NCBI GenBank assembly: GCA_944331875.1
Contig: CALVJA010000005.1
Coordinates: 24,134 to 88,133 of the forward strand
Source: an uncultured Clostridia bacterium
GTDB taxonomy: Bacteria; Bacillota; Clostridia; Christensenellales; DTU072
Direction of reading: 5' to 3'
DNA: 64,000 nt
Part shown: positions 47,258-56,911 of the stretch, piece after piece
Numbering within the stretch: the stretch's first letter is position 1
Layout: each line of letters opens with the position of its first letter
Translations under genes and position numbers: made by a program
Notes under the pieces: generated by a model
Told to the model about the DNA's origin: nothing
What the model saw: the letters and a program-made list of their open reading frames with translations, nothing else
Databases searched by the model: none

Positions 47258-48304
47258 CTAGTTTTTGCGAATATAAAAGGTGCTTCTACCCGCACCGTGC
47301 TTGGTAAGCTCGCCATTTGCAACGAGCTTTTTGATCGCGACTTCCACAGAGCTTGCGCTGAGCGACGGGCAAAGTTCATGGATTCGGGTCTTGGTGATTT
47401 TGCCCACCGAGCTTTGAACGGCTTTCCGCACCGCGTCGATCGCGGGCAGCTTTTGAGCAATTATTTCCATTCTGTCCTCAAAGTCGCGATACGCAGATAT
47501 AATGGTGCCGAGAAGATATTTGATAAACGGAGTCGGATCGTCTTTACCATCATGCCAGCCTATTTGCGCAGCGGACAGAGCATCATAATAGAGTTCCTTG
47601 TTTTTGGCGATTTTCGCCTCGAGTGAAACGTATTTACCTACCGAATAGCCTGAGCGATATAAGAGTAAAGCGGTTAGCAATCTGCTCATTCTGCCGTTGC
47701 CGTCCGAAAACGGGTGGATACACAAAAAGTCGTGAATGAAAATCGGAATGAGAATGAGCGGATCGACGTCGCCCGCCGCAATAGCAAGATCGAACTGCTC
47801 GCAGATGGAGTCAACGGCAATCGGCGTTTCATAAGGTGCAAGCGGTGTAAAAACGGTGTATTCCCTGCCGTCGTCGCCTATAGCGTTGATATAATTTTGC
47901 ACATTCTTGAACTTGCCGCCAATGCTCTTCCCCGAATGGCTGTAAAGAATTTTATGCAGTTGCAAAATGTAGTTTGCCGTTACGGGGATGTATTCGTAAT
48001 TTTCGTGTATCACATTCAGAACGTCCCTGTATCCCGCGATTTCTTCCTCGTCGCGCGTTCGGGGCATCGTCTTATCGGACAAAAGCTGTTTCAGCCTTGT
48101 ATTTGTTGTGCGAATACCCTCGATTTCGTTCGACGTTTCGGTGCTCTGTATCTTTGCCACTTCCACGAGCTTTTCAAGCTCCTGCGGCTTTTGCCCTGCA
48201 TACACGTCTTGCTTGCCCTTCGCCTCATGGATAGCGGCGATATAGGCGACCGTTTCGGAATCCCATTTTTGATTTTTAAGGGCAACATAGTCGAAAATTC
48301 GCAT
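47258..48304 (-). CDS. Fic-family protein (AMPylase-type motif) with an N-terminal inhibitory-helix motif and a C-terminal winged-helix domain
   Basis: Start chosen at ATG 48304 (GGGAGA RBS; the track start is 48337). Fic core HPFSDGNGRMSRLL matches HxFx(D/E)GNGRxxR. SNEIEG matches (S/T)xxxE(G/N). The C-terminus is wHTH-like. Confidence 0.85.
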   Translation of the reverse strand: MRIFDYVALKNQKWDSETVAYIAAIHEAKGKQDVYAGQKPQELEKLVEVAKIQSTETSNEIEGIRTTNTRLKQLLSDKTMPRTRDEEEIAGYRDVLNVIHENYEYIPVTANYILQLHKILYSHSGKSIGGKFKNVQNYINAIGDDGREYTVFTPLAPYETPIAVDSICEQFDLAIAAGDVDPLILIPIFIHDFLCIHPFSDGNGRMSRLLTALLLYRSGYSVGKYVSLEAKIAKNKELYYDALSAAQIGWHDGKDDPTPFIKYLLGTIISAYRDFEDRMEIIAQKLPAIDAVRKAVQSSVGKITKTRIHELCPSLSASSVEVAIKKLVANGELTKHGAGRSTFYIRKN

Positions 48305-48587
48305 AGCTTTATCTCCCGAACATTTTTCTTTTCTCATAAATCATAGCCATTTTTACGAGAAAAGTCAATAGGCTACGAGATTATTCTCGTAAAACACATG
48401 CCTAAATACGAGATAATGTGCTTATTCTGTCATTTTGGAAGGGTCATATGATACGGAGCGAAGCGACCCGCATAAACACACCGCGCCTGCGCGGTGACTC
48501 GCCGAAAGAAATTCACAGCAAAATTATAGCTTCACCGACACTTTACTTCCTAATAATATTTTGCTGAAATGCTTGGTAAGCAGTCCC

Positions 48588-48750
48588 GTGGCGGTGAAGC
48601 GGAAATTTTAGCGTTTTGCGGCAGGAGATTTTTCGTTAATGCGAAGAAAACTTCCGACGTTAATACCCGGAGGGTCTTAACTAGGAAGTTTTCAAGGCAG
48701 TAGCGGAAAAGATACGCCGCAAAACGTTAAAATTTTCGCTGAGCCGCCAC
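48588..48750 (+). repeat. 163-bp miniature element, inverted partner of 46320-46482
   Basis: GTGGCGGTGAAGCGGAAATTTTAGCG...CGTTAAAATTTTCGCTGAGCCGCCAC, with central GAAAACTTCC-GACGTTAATACCCGGAGGGTCTTAACTA-GGAAGTTTTC. Confidence 0.8.
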
Positions 48751-48865
48751 ACTTATATATTTATTATATAAATATTAAGGCAAATAAAAAGTAAAAGGGC
48801 TATATGCGCTCGGGGTCTTGTGGTAGTATGGGAACGTGGATACTATTCACTTGCGAGGTATTGCG

Positions 48866-51800
48866 ATGAGCTTAAGAACCGTATCGAGAGGAAAATTACT
48901 GCTTATAATATTGGCGGCTCTTGCCGTGGTGACGGCGGTCGCCGTTTCCGGGTTCTGTGCAAAGCCTGTTTCGCTTTATGCTTCCGCCGACGGCAACGCG
49001 GCGTATTCGTTCAGCGTTACCTCCGATTACACGTTCGGTTACACATTCGACGCGGGCACGAACAGCCGGCTTCCCGTCATCACCTTGCAATTCAACGGTT
49101 CCGCGACGAACTACTCCACGATGAGTTTCTGGTATCTTCTGAGCGACGACGGGGTCATAGACGCGGACGAAGACTGGGCTGAGCTTCCCGTCGGGAATTA
49201 CAATGCGACCACGGGTGAGGGAACGATCTATGTCGATTCCCTGACCGGATATGCTGCGGACGGCAGATTCGAAACATATATCTTCTTCCGCGGCGGGCTC
49301 GAAGGCGGTACGGGCGACGACGATTTTTACATAGATACCACGCCCAGGCATATATCGATCATAGGTCTTTCGACCTCAAACGACGTATACAACATCACCG
49401 AAGTCAGCGCCTCATGGAACGGCGCCCGGTACGACATGACGACGAGTTCGCCCGTATGGGCCGGCAGCGCCATCACCTTGACCGCCAGGACCAACGGCAC
49501 CGATAACGTAAATTATTTTTACAAGCTCGGCGATTCCGACCCCGTACCGTTTTCGGTTCATACCGACGCAAACGGCGATTATTACGGGCAGGCGGTCATA
49601 GGCGGCGCGGATTCCGCGATCACCGCTTACAGCGGAGCGATAATCGTCTATTCCCAAAACCGCAGCGGAACATACACGAACTATTATACCGACACCCACG
49701 ATCTATACATAAATCTGGATACGGTGCAGCCGACGTTCGCGGTATCGGCGACGGTGCCGGAGGGTTCCGGCACTGCGGCGTACTCCGAGGGTTCGTGGAC
49801 GGATAGGGCGGTCACTTTCCGTATATCTCCCACATCGGTGATATCGGGAGCGAATTACGCTTATTATACGACCGATCCAGCGGACCTGACGAACCTGTCC
49901 GAAGCCGGGAACGAATATATTTTGGATATATCCGAGGAGGGCGTTACGAACGTCACGTTCGTGGCGACCAGCGGCTCCGGACTCAGATACACTTCCCCCG
50001 GACACATTGTGCGCCGCGACTCTTCGGCGCCGGAGCTTAACGTTGCCGCCGTCGACGCGAACGGGACCTCGATAACGTCGCTCGGAACGACTCCGGGCTC
50101 GGGAGCAAGGGAGGGATACGCTTCGGGCGGCATCACTTTCACGCTTTCCAACCTGACCGCACAGCAATCCGGAAATACGGCGACGTTCTCGTACTCCGCG
50201 GACGACGGCGCGAATTTTACCGAACTCAATCCCACGAACGGACTGTATACGCTGCCCCTAGCGAATTCCGGCTCCGCCGTGTTCAACGGGACGAAATATA
50301 TTTTCAGAGTAAGTCTTGCAAGCGGACTGTACGATGAATACGCATTCGATTTTGCCATTCTGAACGGCAATTTCTATACCGACATGGAGCTCGGCGTTCC
50401 CGAGGCAAATCCCGCGGGCTGGATAAACGAACCGGTAACGGTTTCTTTCACTTTGCCCGCGTTCCTTTCCGAGGCGTTCATCGGCGTGTCCGGTACGGAA
50501 TACGATATACACGGCTACATCACCGGCGACACCTCGACCGACGTCATCATGGAAGCCGAGATATCCGATTCGCCTCTCGGCGCGGGATACAAAGTGTATA
50601 CCGTTTCGGTGGAACGCAATCTGAACGGGCAAAGTTACTCCTTCGTAATTTATGACAGGGCGGGGAACGCCGTTCGTTACGAGACCGACGAAAACGGCAA
50701 TATCGTCACCGATCCCGATACCGAGGAGACGTTCCCGCTCAGGACGGGGATACTGTATCTGGATCTCGTGACCCCGGGGTACGACGTCGTAAAGACCGTC
50801 GGTTCGAGTTCCATAGTTCTCGAGGACGACGGCTGGTCGGCGGAGGAAGTCGTTATCACGATAACTCCCGTCGTTCCCGTATCCGGCGTCAACCTTTATA
50901 TAATGCGTTCCGAAAATCAGCCTTCTACCGAGACTCTGACCATGACGGAGGACGGCACATATGTGTTCACCGCTTCCGCGTCCGGCAGATACGGTTTCAG
51001 GCTCATGAGCGGAGCGGGAAATTACGCGGATATCTGGACGGAAGTCAACATCGACTCCGCCGCTATATCCTATGTCGAACCCGACGAGCCTTGGGCGGCG
51101 TACAGAATGGAGCCGGACGGCACACGCGGCAGTGAGATAGATTATGTTTATGAGTCCAATTCCTACGGCACCGTCGCCACGGATATCCTCTTGACGTTCG
51201 CGACGAACCAGAACGCGGGCGAAGACAGGGGACATTTCGATATTTTTTATTACGACTATACTGCCGCGGGCAGTTTGAACGACACGATCGATAATTACAC
51301 TTTGTACGACGACGAATACGTTCTGAACGCGTTCCCCGATTCGTTTTTGCTGACGATGCCCGACAACGCTTCGCGCGGAACGCTCCGCTACGCGTTCATT
51401 CTGCGCTCCAAAGCGGTCGATTCGAACGGAACGTATACGTATACCGAAGTCAGGCGCATCGAGATAAATTACGACGTAACTCCCTTCCGGATAAGCGTCA
51501 CCAGCTCGTACGGCGACTCGTCCGCGTGGACGGGGAGCGAGATAACCTTCGATCTTTCGCTCAGCGATCCGGACAACACGGCGGAGATAGATATAGCGTA
51601 TTACGAGTATCGTCTGGGCGATAACGGCGCATGGGTCGGGATCGAGCCCGCTTTCGGTTCCTCCGTGAGCTTTACGCAGACCTTTATATTCGGTGGCATC
51701 AAACAGTATGTGGATATCCCCGGCATAGACGAGTCCTCGGGCGACAGCTCGGAGTCCGCGAATTTCATGAGCTATAACGGGAACATTTATTTCCGCGCCG

Positions 51801-54739
51801 TGACGAGCGCCGGACTTGCGAGCGAGACCGTAGGTCAGTATATCAGAGTGGACCGTTCGACGCCCAACGCGCTTTACGCGCTGGATCTCGGATCCGGCGA
51901 GATCGTATGGGACGCCGACGCGGGCTTGTACCGCGTTTACAGCGATACGAGCGCGTCGCTGTATCCGAGGTCCGTGGACTTCAAAGCGCCTATAACTTTC
52001 TACTATAACCAAAGCACTGCCGACTCCGCGCCCACATTTGTGGGTGACGGCGACAGTTACGGCTGGCACGAGCTGAGATCGGCGTTGTCTCTTTCCAACG
52101 CCGATACATACTGGCTGTATGCCGTGAACGGCGTCGGAGCCACGTCCGCTTTTGTAAAGATCCATGTCACGCTCGATTCCACCGTGCCGCAGCTTTCCGT
52201 ATCCGTATCCGGACCTTCGACGGGCGCGGGCGGCGGGCTCGAGTTCCAATGGACCGACGAGGCCGAGCTGCAGCTGAACGTCACGAACCTTACCGCGGTC
52301 AATACCGGAGTGTACTTCGAATACAAAATGGACGGTTCCGACGAGTGGGTGAGGCTCAGCGACACCGCGCGCGATCTGCAGGCGAACGGATTCCTGTCTC
52401 AGCAGATAATTTTCCGCGGCGACGGCGTACCCGAAGATTTCGTCATTCCCGGAAACCGCATCAATACGGTAGTGTTCAGAGTAATAAATCTGGGCGGGAG
52501 TTCGGTGACGAGCGCTTCCGTCGTGGTGCGCATAGACGCAGCCGCCCCGGATTTCGAACCGGTGTTCGAAACGCCTTCGCTCGGCGAGGTCACCGACCTT
52601 GATATATGGTATACCGAGGCAATGACCGTGACCATAATTCCGGAGGCTCCCGCAAACGACTACGGTTCAGACGTCAGAAACCCCGGCGGCGTGGAATATT
52701 TCTACCGCGTGGTATCGGGTGCCGCTGGCTCGAGCGATTATCAGCGTATGCGCGGAAATTCCTTCTCCACGGACGACATCGTGGGATTTACCGGCAACGG
52801 CGAGATAAAGGTCGAACTCAGAGCGGTATCAACCGCAAACGAAGCTTCCGTTTCGCGTACGTATACGTTCAAAATAGATAAAACGGCGCCTGTTTTCGAT
52901 CTTATCGGCACCGCCATACGTAACGATATGGACGCGGGGACGATCCTTTCCGGCACTTGGACAAACGCCGATTCCGTGAACATAGCGATAGCGAACCGCG
53001 CCGCAAACGAGTCCCCGGTGATATACACGTATTATTGGGAGAATATGTCGTCCGGCGAGAGCAACTGGCCCGAGGTGGGCGGGGCGCTCGGTACGTTGAA
53101 CAGAACGCAGATGGACGTACTGCACGTTACGGCTGTCAGCGGCAACGGGGACGGCATACGCGTGGAGCGCGTGTTCGAAGTGCTCATCGACAACACGCCG
53201 CCCGTCATATATGCCGGGAACATCGTCAACAACGTCGACGATCCGAACAATCCGTACAGATATTATATCGACCAGGTCATAAGATACGAAGAGGCGAACC
53301 TCGCCAGCGCGATGTACAACAATTTCCCGCTCTCCAACGGGCAGATAATCGCCACGAACACCGTCGACAATTCCAACGGCGGCTACGTCCATATCGTTAT
53401 AACGGACCTTGCGGGTAACACGGCGGAGCTCACTTTCTATATGACCGTTTTCCCGCTTACGGTCAATACGATAACGCTTTCCGACGAACACCGCGAGCTT
53501 TTGGATGAGTTCACCGAGGATTTCTACGCCGCGGAACAGGATCTGACCGATTCCAGACGTCAGTATTTCTCGACGCTGATATCGCGCCTCGAAGACAGGC
53601 TGTTCATGCTCGAGAAGATGGTCGAGGACTATCAGGGATATTTGAGGCAGGTCAACTCGCAGCAGTCGTTCACTTTGGTCAGCGATTACGACCTGATGTA
53701 TACCTATATTAATTACTTTACGACGGAGGACGAGCTGACGCGCTATCCCGACTGGCTGCAGGAAGAGATATTGACCGGCGTGTACTCCTCGTATTACACA
53801 AAACTCGTCAGCCAGTTCAATACGCTGCATTCGCTGATGATCGAGGTTTTGGACATCGAAGACTCCGTGGTCGCTCTGCCCGCGACGAACGTCGTGGAGC
53901 GCACCGATTATCAAAACGTGATCCGCGTCTACAACGCTTACGACTCGCTTGCGGGCGACCAGAAGGCGGTGTTTACGCCGAACCTGTACAATAAGCTCAC
54001 CGAACTCAAGCGCATATGCGAAGTACTCCTGATGCAGGACGAATCGACGGGCATCAGCATCGACGGCGACAATCTGGTAGGGGAGACCAACGGCGCAATG
54101 CTCATGGTGACCTCGTACGCGCCCGAATCGCAGTACTTTATCGAGGCGCAGACGACTTTGTACAATATGCTGACGGCGGCGGATTCCAGAAAAATATTGA
54201 CGATAAACCGCTTGTATCTGGACGGCGAGGGCGCTGAGTACGATACGGGTACCATCACCGTCACGCTGCCGATACCGGAAGATTACCAAAATTACGTTTA
54301 CTTCGCGGTGTACAGGCTGTCCTCCGACGGCACGATAACCAGGATAGAAACGTCCAGGCGCACGCCCGACGGCGAAAACGTGACGTTCACGACGAATTCG
54401 CTGGCGACCTACATACTTGCCACGACCGCCAACGTCGTCGTCGCGGAGACTCCGGAAAAAGTATACGGTTCGATAGCCGGTATAGAGATAGACGGAACGC
54501 TTTTGACCTATATAACCTATTCGGTCGTGGCGATGTTCGTCGTATTCGTCATCATAATAATAGCGGTAGCGCTGCGCCGCCGCAAATTCCTGCAAAATTA
54601 CAACCGCGACCACAAGAAGGCTTTGGTCCGCCGCGGCATTCGCAGTATACCGAAAGGCAACGCGCCGCCGCCGTCCAACCCTGCCCGTCCTGAGGAGCGC
54701 GTAGGACACGAACCGAACGTCTATTACCGTAAAAAGTGA
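48866..54739 (+). CDS. Giant (~1957 aa) cell-surface protein: N-terminal signal/anchor, many Ig-like beta-rich modules, a helical region, and a C-terminal TM helix with a basic cytoplasmic tail
   Basis: Single uninterrupted ORF. I prefer ATG 48866 (GAGG 7 nt upstream) over the track GTG at 48836. The N-terminus is KLLLIILAALAVVTAVAVSGF. The C-terminus is YSVVAMFVVFVIIIIAVALRRRKF followed by a Pro/Arg/Lys tail. No LPXTG motif. Confidence 0.75.
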   Translation: MSLRTVSRGKLLLIILAALAVVTAVAVSGFCAKPVSLYASADGNAAYSFSVTSDYTFGYTFDAGTNSRLPVITLQFNGSATNYSTMSFWYLLSDDGVIDADEDWAELPVGNYNATTGEGTIYVDSLTGYAADGRFETYIFFRGGLEGGTGDDDFYIDTTPRHISIIGLSTSNDVYNITEVSASWNGARYDMTTSSPVWAGSAITLTARTNGTDNVNYFYKLGDSDPVPFSVHTDANGDYYGQAVIGGADSAITAYSGAIIVYSQNRSGTYTNYYTDTHDLYINLDTVQPTFAVSATVPEGSGTAAYSEGSWTDRAVTFRISPTSVISGANYAYYTTDPADLTNLSEAGNEYILDISEEGVTNVTFVATSGSGLRYTSPGHIVRRDSSAPELNVAAVDANGTSITSLGTTPGSGAREGYASGGITFTLSNLTAQQSGNTATFSYSADDGANFTELNPTNGLYTLPLANSGSAVFNGTKYIFRVSLASGLYDEYAFDFAILNGNFYTDMELGVPEANPAGWINEPVTVSFTLPAFLSEAFIGVSGTEYDIHGYITGDTSTDVIMEAEISDSPLGAGYKVYTVSVERNLNGQSYSFVIYDRAGNAVRYETDENGNIVTDPDTEETFPLRTGILYLDLVTPGYDVVKTVGSSSIVLEDDGWSAEEVVITITPVVPVSGVNLYIMRSENQPSTETLTMTEDGTYVFTASASGRYGFRLMSGAGNYADIWTEVNIDSAAISYVEPDEPWAAYRMEPDGTRGSEIDYVYESNSYGTVATDILLTFATNQNAGEDRGHFDIFYYDYTAAGSLNDTIDNYTLYDDEYVLNAFPDSFLLTMPDNASRGTLRYAFILRSKAVDSNGTYTYTEVRRIEINYDVTPFRISVTSSYGDSSAWTGSEITFDLSLSDPDNTAEIDIAYYEYRLGDNGAWVGIEPAFGSSVSFTQTFIFGGIKQYVDIPGIDESSGDSSESANFMSYNGNIYFRAVTSAGLASETVGQYIRVDRSTPNALYALDLGSGEIVWDADAGLYRVYSDTSASLYPRSVDFKAPITFYYNQSTADSAPTFVGDGDSYGWHELRSALSLSNADTYWLYAVNGVGATSAFVKIHVTLDSTVPQLSVSVSGPSTGAGGGLEFQWTDEAELQLNVTNLTAVNTGVYFEYKMDGSDEWVRLSDTARDLQANGFLSQQIIFRGDGVPEDFVIPGNRINTVVFRVINLGGSSVTSASVVVRIDAAAPDFEPVFETPSLGEVTDLDIWYTEAMTVTIIPEAPANDYGSDVRNPGGVEYFYRVVSGAAGSSDYQRMRGNSFSTDDIVGFTGNGEIKVELRAVSTANEASVSRTYTFKIDKTAPVFDLIGTAIRNDMDAGTILSGTWTNADSVNIAIANRAANESPVIYTYYWENMSSGESNWPEVGGALGTLNRTQMDVLHVTAVSGNGDGIRVERVFEVLIDNTPPVIYAGNIVNNVDDPNNPYRYYIDQVIRYEEANLASAMYNNFPLSNGQIIATNTVDNSNGGYVHIVITDLAGNTAELTFYMTVFPLTVNTITLSDEHRELLDEFTEDFYAAEQDLTDSRRQYFSTLISRLEDRLFMLEKMVEDYQGYLRQVNSQQSFTLVSDYDLMYTYINYFTTEDELTRYPDWLQEEILTGVYSSYYTKLVSQFNTLHSLMIEVLDIEDSVVALPATNVVERTDYQNVIRVYNAYDSLAGDQKAVFTPNLYNKLTELKRICEVLLMQDESTGISIDGDNLVGETNGAMLMVTSYAPESQYFIEAQTTLYNMLTAADSRKILTINRLYLDGEGAEYDTGTITVTLPIPEDYQNYVYFAVYRLSSDGTITRIETSRRTPDGENVTFTTNSLATYILATTANVVVAETPEKVYGSIAGIEIDGTLLTYITYSVVAMFVVFVIIIIAVALRRRKFLQNYNRDHKKALVRRGIRSIPKGNAPPPSNPARPEERVGHEPNVYYRKK

Positions 54740-54806
54740 CCCGATGACCTGCGGCGCCATGCGACGCCGCAGGCAACTTAAATATTTGCGCAAAGGAGGT
54801 AACTAA

Positions 54807-55592
54807 ATGACAATCGACGTGAAGACTTTGGCGTACGTCAATTTTTACGCGGCAATGGGAACGCTCGAAAAGTACGTCGAGTACGACAAATCGGCGCGCG
54901 ACATAGCCGCAGCGCAGGACATCACCGTCCGTTTCAAAGTAAAGGACGGGCCCGACGGCGTCCTGGTTTTCGAAGGAGGCAAAATATCGGTGCTGCGCTA
55001 TGACGGCGTGCGCAAAACGGATATAGTTCTTCTTTGCAAAGATCCGGATAACTTCAACAAGGTCGTCGACGGCAAGGCGATGCCGTTACCCGTAAAGGGA
55101 CTGTTCAAGACTTTGGCTTTTATGGGAAAACCCGAAAGCCCCTTCATGGTCCTGACCGGGAAAATGGCGGAGTTGATGCGCAAAAAAGAGTTTGATAACC
55201 CGCAAGAGCGTGAACTTAGCACCAAACTTGCGTTTTACGCGATGGTCGCGGGTATCGCCGAGGTCGGCAACCACGACCCCATAGCGCGCTATGCGATGAA
55301 ACGCGTATTGGACGGCGAGATAATTCTGGGTATCAAGGACGTCTGCTACGCCACCCTCGTAAAAACGGGCGGCAAGGGCGAGGACGCGCGCCTTACCTGC
55401 GTTCGTTCCCGCGGCTCCAACGGCAGGGCGTTTATGACGTTCGACTCCATAGACACCGCAAAGGGACTTATCGACGGCGATCTGGACGCCATGGCTTGCA
55501 TAAGCGGCGGATCGCTCGAGACGCGCGGACATATGCTCATGCTCGATAACCTGAACAGGATATTGAACATAGTACCGAAGTATTTGGCGTAG
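54807..55592 (+). CDS. Hypothetical protein, possibly SCP2-like lipid-binding fold
   Basis: 261 aa with AGGAGG RBS. The C-terminal segment LIDGDLDAMACISGGSLETRGHMLMLDNLNRIL resembles the SCP2 C-terminal pattern. The call is weak. Confidence 0.35.
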   Translation: MTIDVKTLAYVNFYAAMGTLEKYVEYDKSARDIAAAQDITVRFKVKDGPDGVLVFEGGKISVLRYDGVRKTDIVLLCKDPDNFNKVVDGKAMPLPVKGLFKTLAFMGKPESPFMVLTGKMAELMRKKEFDNPQERELSTKLAFYAMVAGIAEVGNHDPIARYAMKRVLDGEIILGIKDVCYATLVKTGGKGEDARLTCVRSRGSNGRAFMTFDSIDTAKGLIDGDLDAMACISGGSLETRGHMLMLDNLNRILNIVPKYLA

Positions 55593-55601
55593 GAGGCAAC
55601 G

Positions 55602-56861
55602 ATGAAGACATATACATATACTAAAAATGTGGAAACAATGGCGCGCGCCGGCAAAGTGATCCCCTCCGGCGTGTACGGGCACCTGGGCCCCGCCGAGGGC
55701 TGCATGATACCTTCGAGCGCATATCCGTTTTTCGTGGAGCGGGCAAAGGGCAGCGAAATGTGGGACGTGGACGGCAACCGTTTCATAGACTTTATGTGCG
55801 GTTACGGACCAAACGTCACCGGCTACTGCGACCCCGACGTCGACGGGGCGGCGCTGGAGCAGATCAAAAAGGGTAACTGCACCTCTATCCCCTCGCATAT
55901 AATGGTGGATTTCGCGGAGCTCTTGACCGCGACCGTCAAAAAGGATTGGGCGTTCTTCTGCAAAAACGGCGGCGACGTCACCACTTTCGCAGTGATGATA
56001 GCGCGCTATTATACCGGAAAGAAAAAAATAATCTTCGTCAATAATTATTACCACGGCGTGGCGCCCTGGACGCAAAAACCCGATTCGCCCGGAACGATAT
56101 GGGAAGATTGCTGCAACGCGCTGTACGTAGACTGGAACGACATCGAAGGACTCAAAAAAATCATCGCGGAAAACAAGGACGACATCGCCTGCTTCATATC
56201 CACCCCGTATATGCACGGCAACTTCGTCGACAACGAACTGCCTGCCGAAGGGTATTGGCAGGCGGTCAGAAAGCTGTGCACCGACAACGGTATCATATTG
56301 ATAGTGGACGACATCCGCGCAGGGTTCAGGCTATCTCTCGAAGGAAGCGACAACTATTTCGGCTTCGAGGCGGACCTCATATGCTTCTGCAAGGCGCTCG
56401 CGAACGGTTACAACGTGTCGGCGCTGTGCGGCAAGGAGTTTTTGAAGGGAGCCGCGGGGACCGTGCCTTACACCGGTTCCTACTGGATGAGCGCGGTGCC
56501 GTTCGCCGCGGGCATAGCCAATATCAACAAGCTGAAAGCAAACGACGCCTGCGCGCATTTCAAGGCGATGGGCGAAAGGCTCTCCGCGGGTCTCATGAAG
56601 ACCGCGAACGAACTGAACGTGCCGCTCATCATATCGGGTCCTCCCGCGCTTTTCTATATGCGCATAGCGGACAAGAACAACAACTTCCTCATCCACCAGG
56701 AATGGATCGCGGAGTGCGTCAGGCGCGGCGTGTTCATCACGAACCACCACAACCACTTCATGAATCTGTCGATGACTCCGGAACTGATAGACGAGACCGT
56801 CACGATTTGTTCGGAGGCGATGAAGATAACGGTGGACAACCACCCCGAGATCTTCAAATAA
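55602..56861 (+). CDS. Class-III PLP-dependent aminotransferase (glutamate-1-semialdehyde aminomutase-like)
   Basis: 419 aa with ERAKGSEMWDVDGNRFIDFMCGYGPN, VDDIRAGFR and the PLP-lysine context FCKALANG. Confidence 0.75.
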   Translation: MKTYTYTKNVETMARAGKVIPSGVYGHLGPAEGCMIPSSAYPFFVERAKGSEMWDVDGNRFIDFMCGYGPNVTGYCDPDVDGAALEQIKKGNCTSIPSHIMVDFAELLTATVKKDWAFFCKNGGDVTTFAVMIARYYTGKKKIIFVNNYYHGVAPWTQKPDSPGTIWEDCCNALYVDWNDIEGLKKIIAENKDDIACFISTPYMHGNFVDNELPAEGYWQAVRKLCTDNGIILIVDDIRAGFRLSLEGSDNYFGFEADLICFCKALANGYNVSALCGKEFLKGAAGTVPYTGSYWMSAVPFAAGIANINKLKANDACAHFKAMGERLSAGLMKTANELNVPLIISGPPALFYMRIADKNNNFLIHQEWIAECVRRGVFITNHHNHFMNLSMTPELIDETVTICSEAMKITVDNHPEIFK

Positions 56862-56873
56862 CCATTACATTGC

Positions 56874-56900
56874 GGCGCCCCCGCAAGGGGGCGCCTTTTA
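56874..56900 (+). terminator. Rho-independent terminator
   Basis: GGCGCCCCC-GCAA-GGGGGCGCC followed by TTTTA. Confidence 0.7.
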
Positions 56901-56911
56901 TCGGAGGATAA

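Noticed and set aside
47258-48337. Fic gene as part of a toxin-antitoxin pair with an adjacent antitoxin ORF
   Set aside because: No small ORF with an RBS flanks it. The inhibitory SxxxEG motif is within the same polypeptide (class II-like), so a separate antitoxin is not required.
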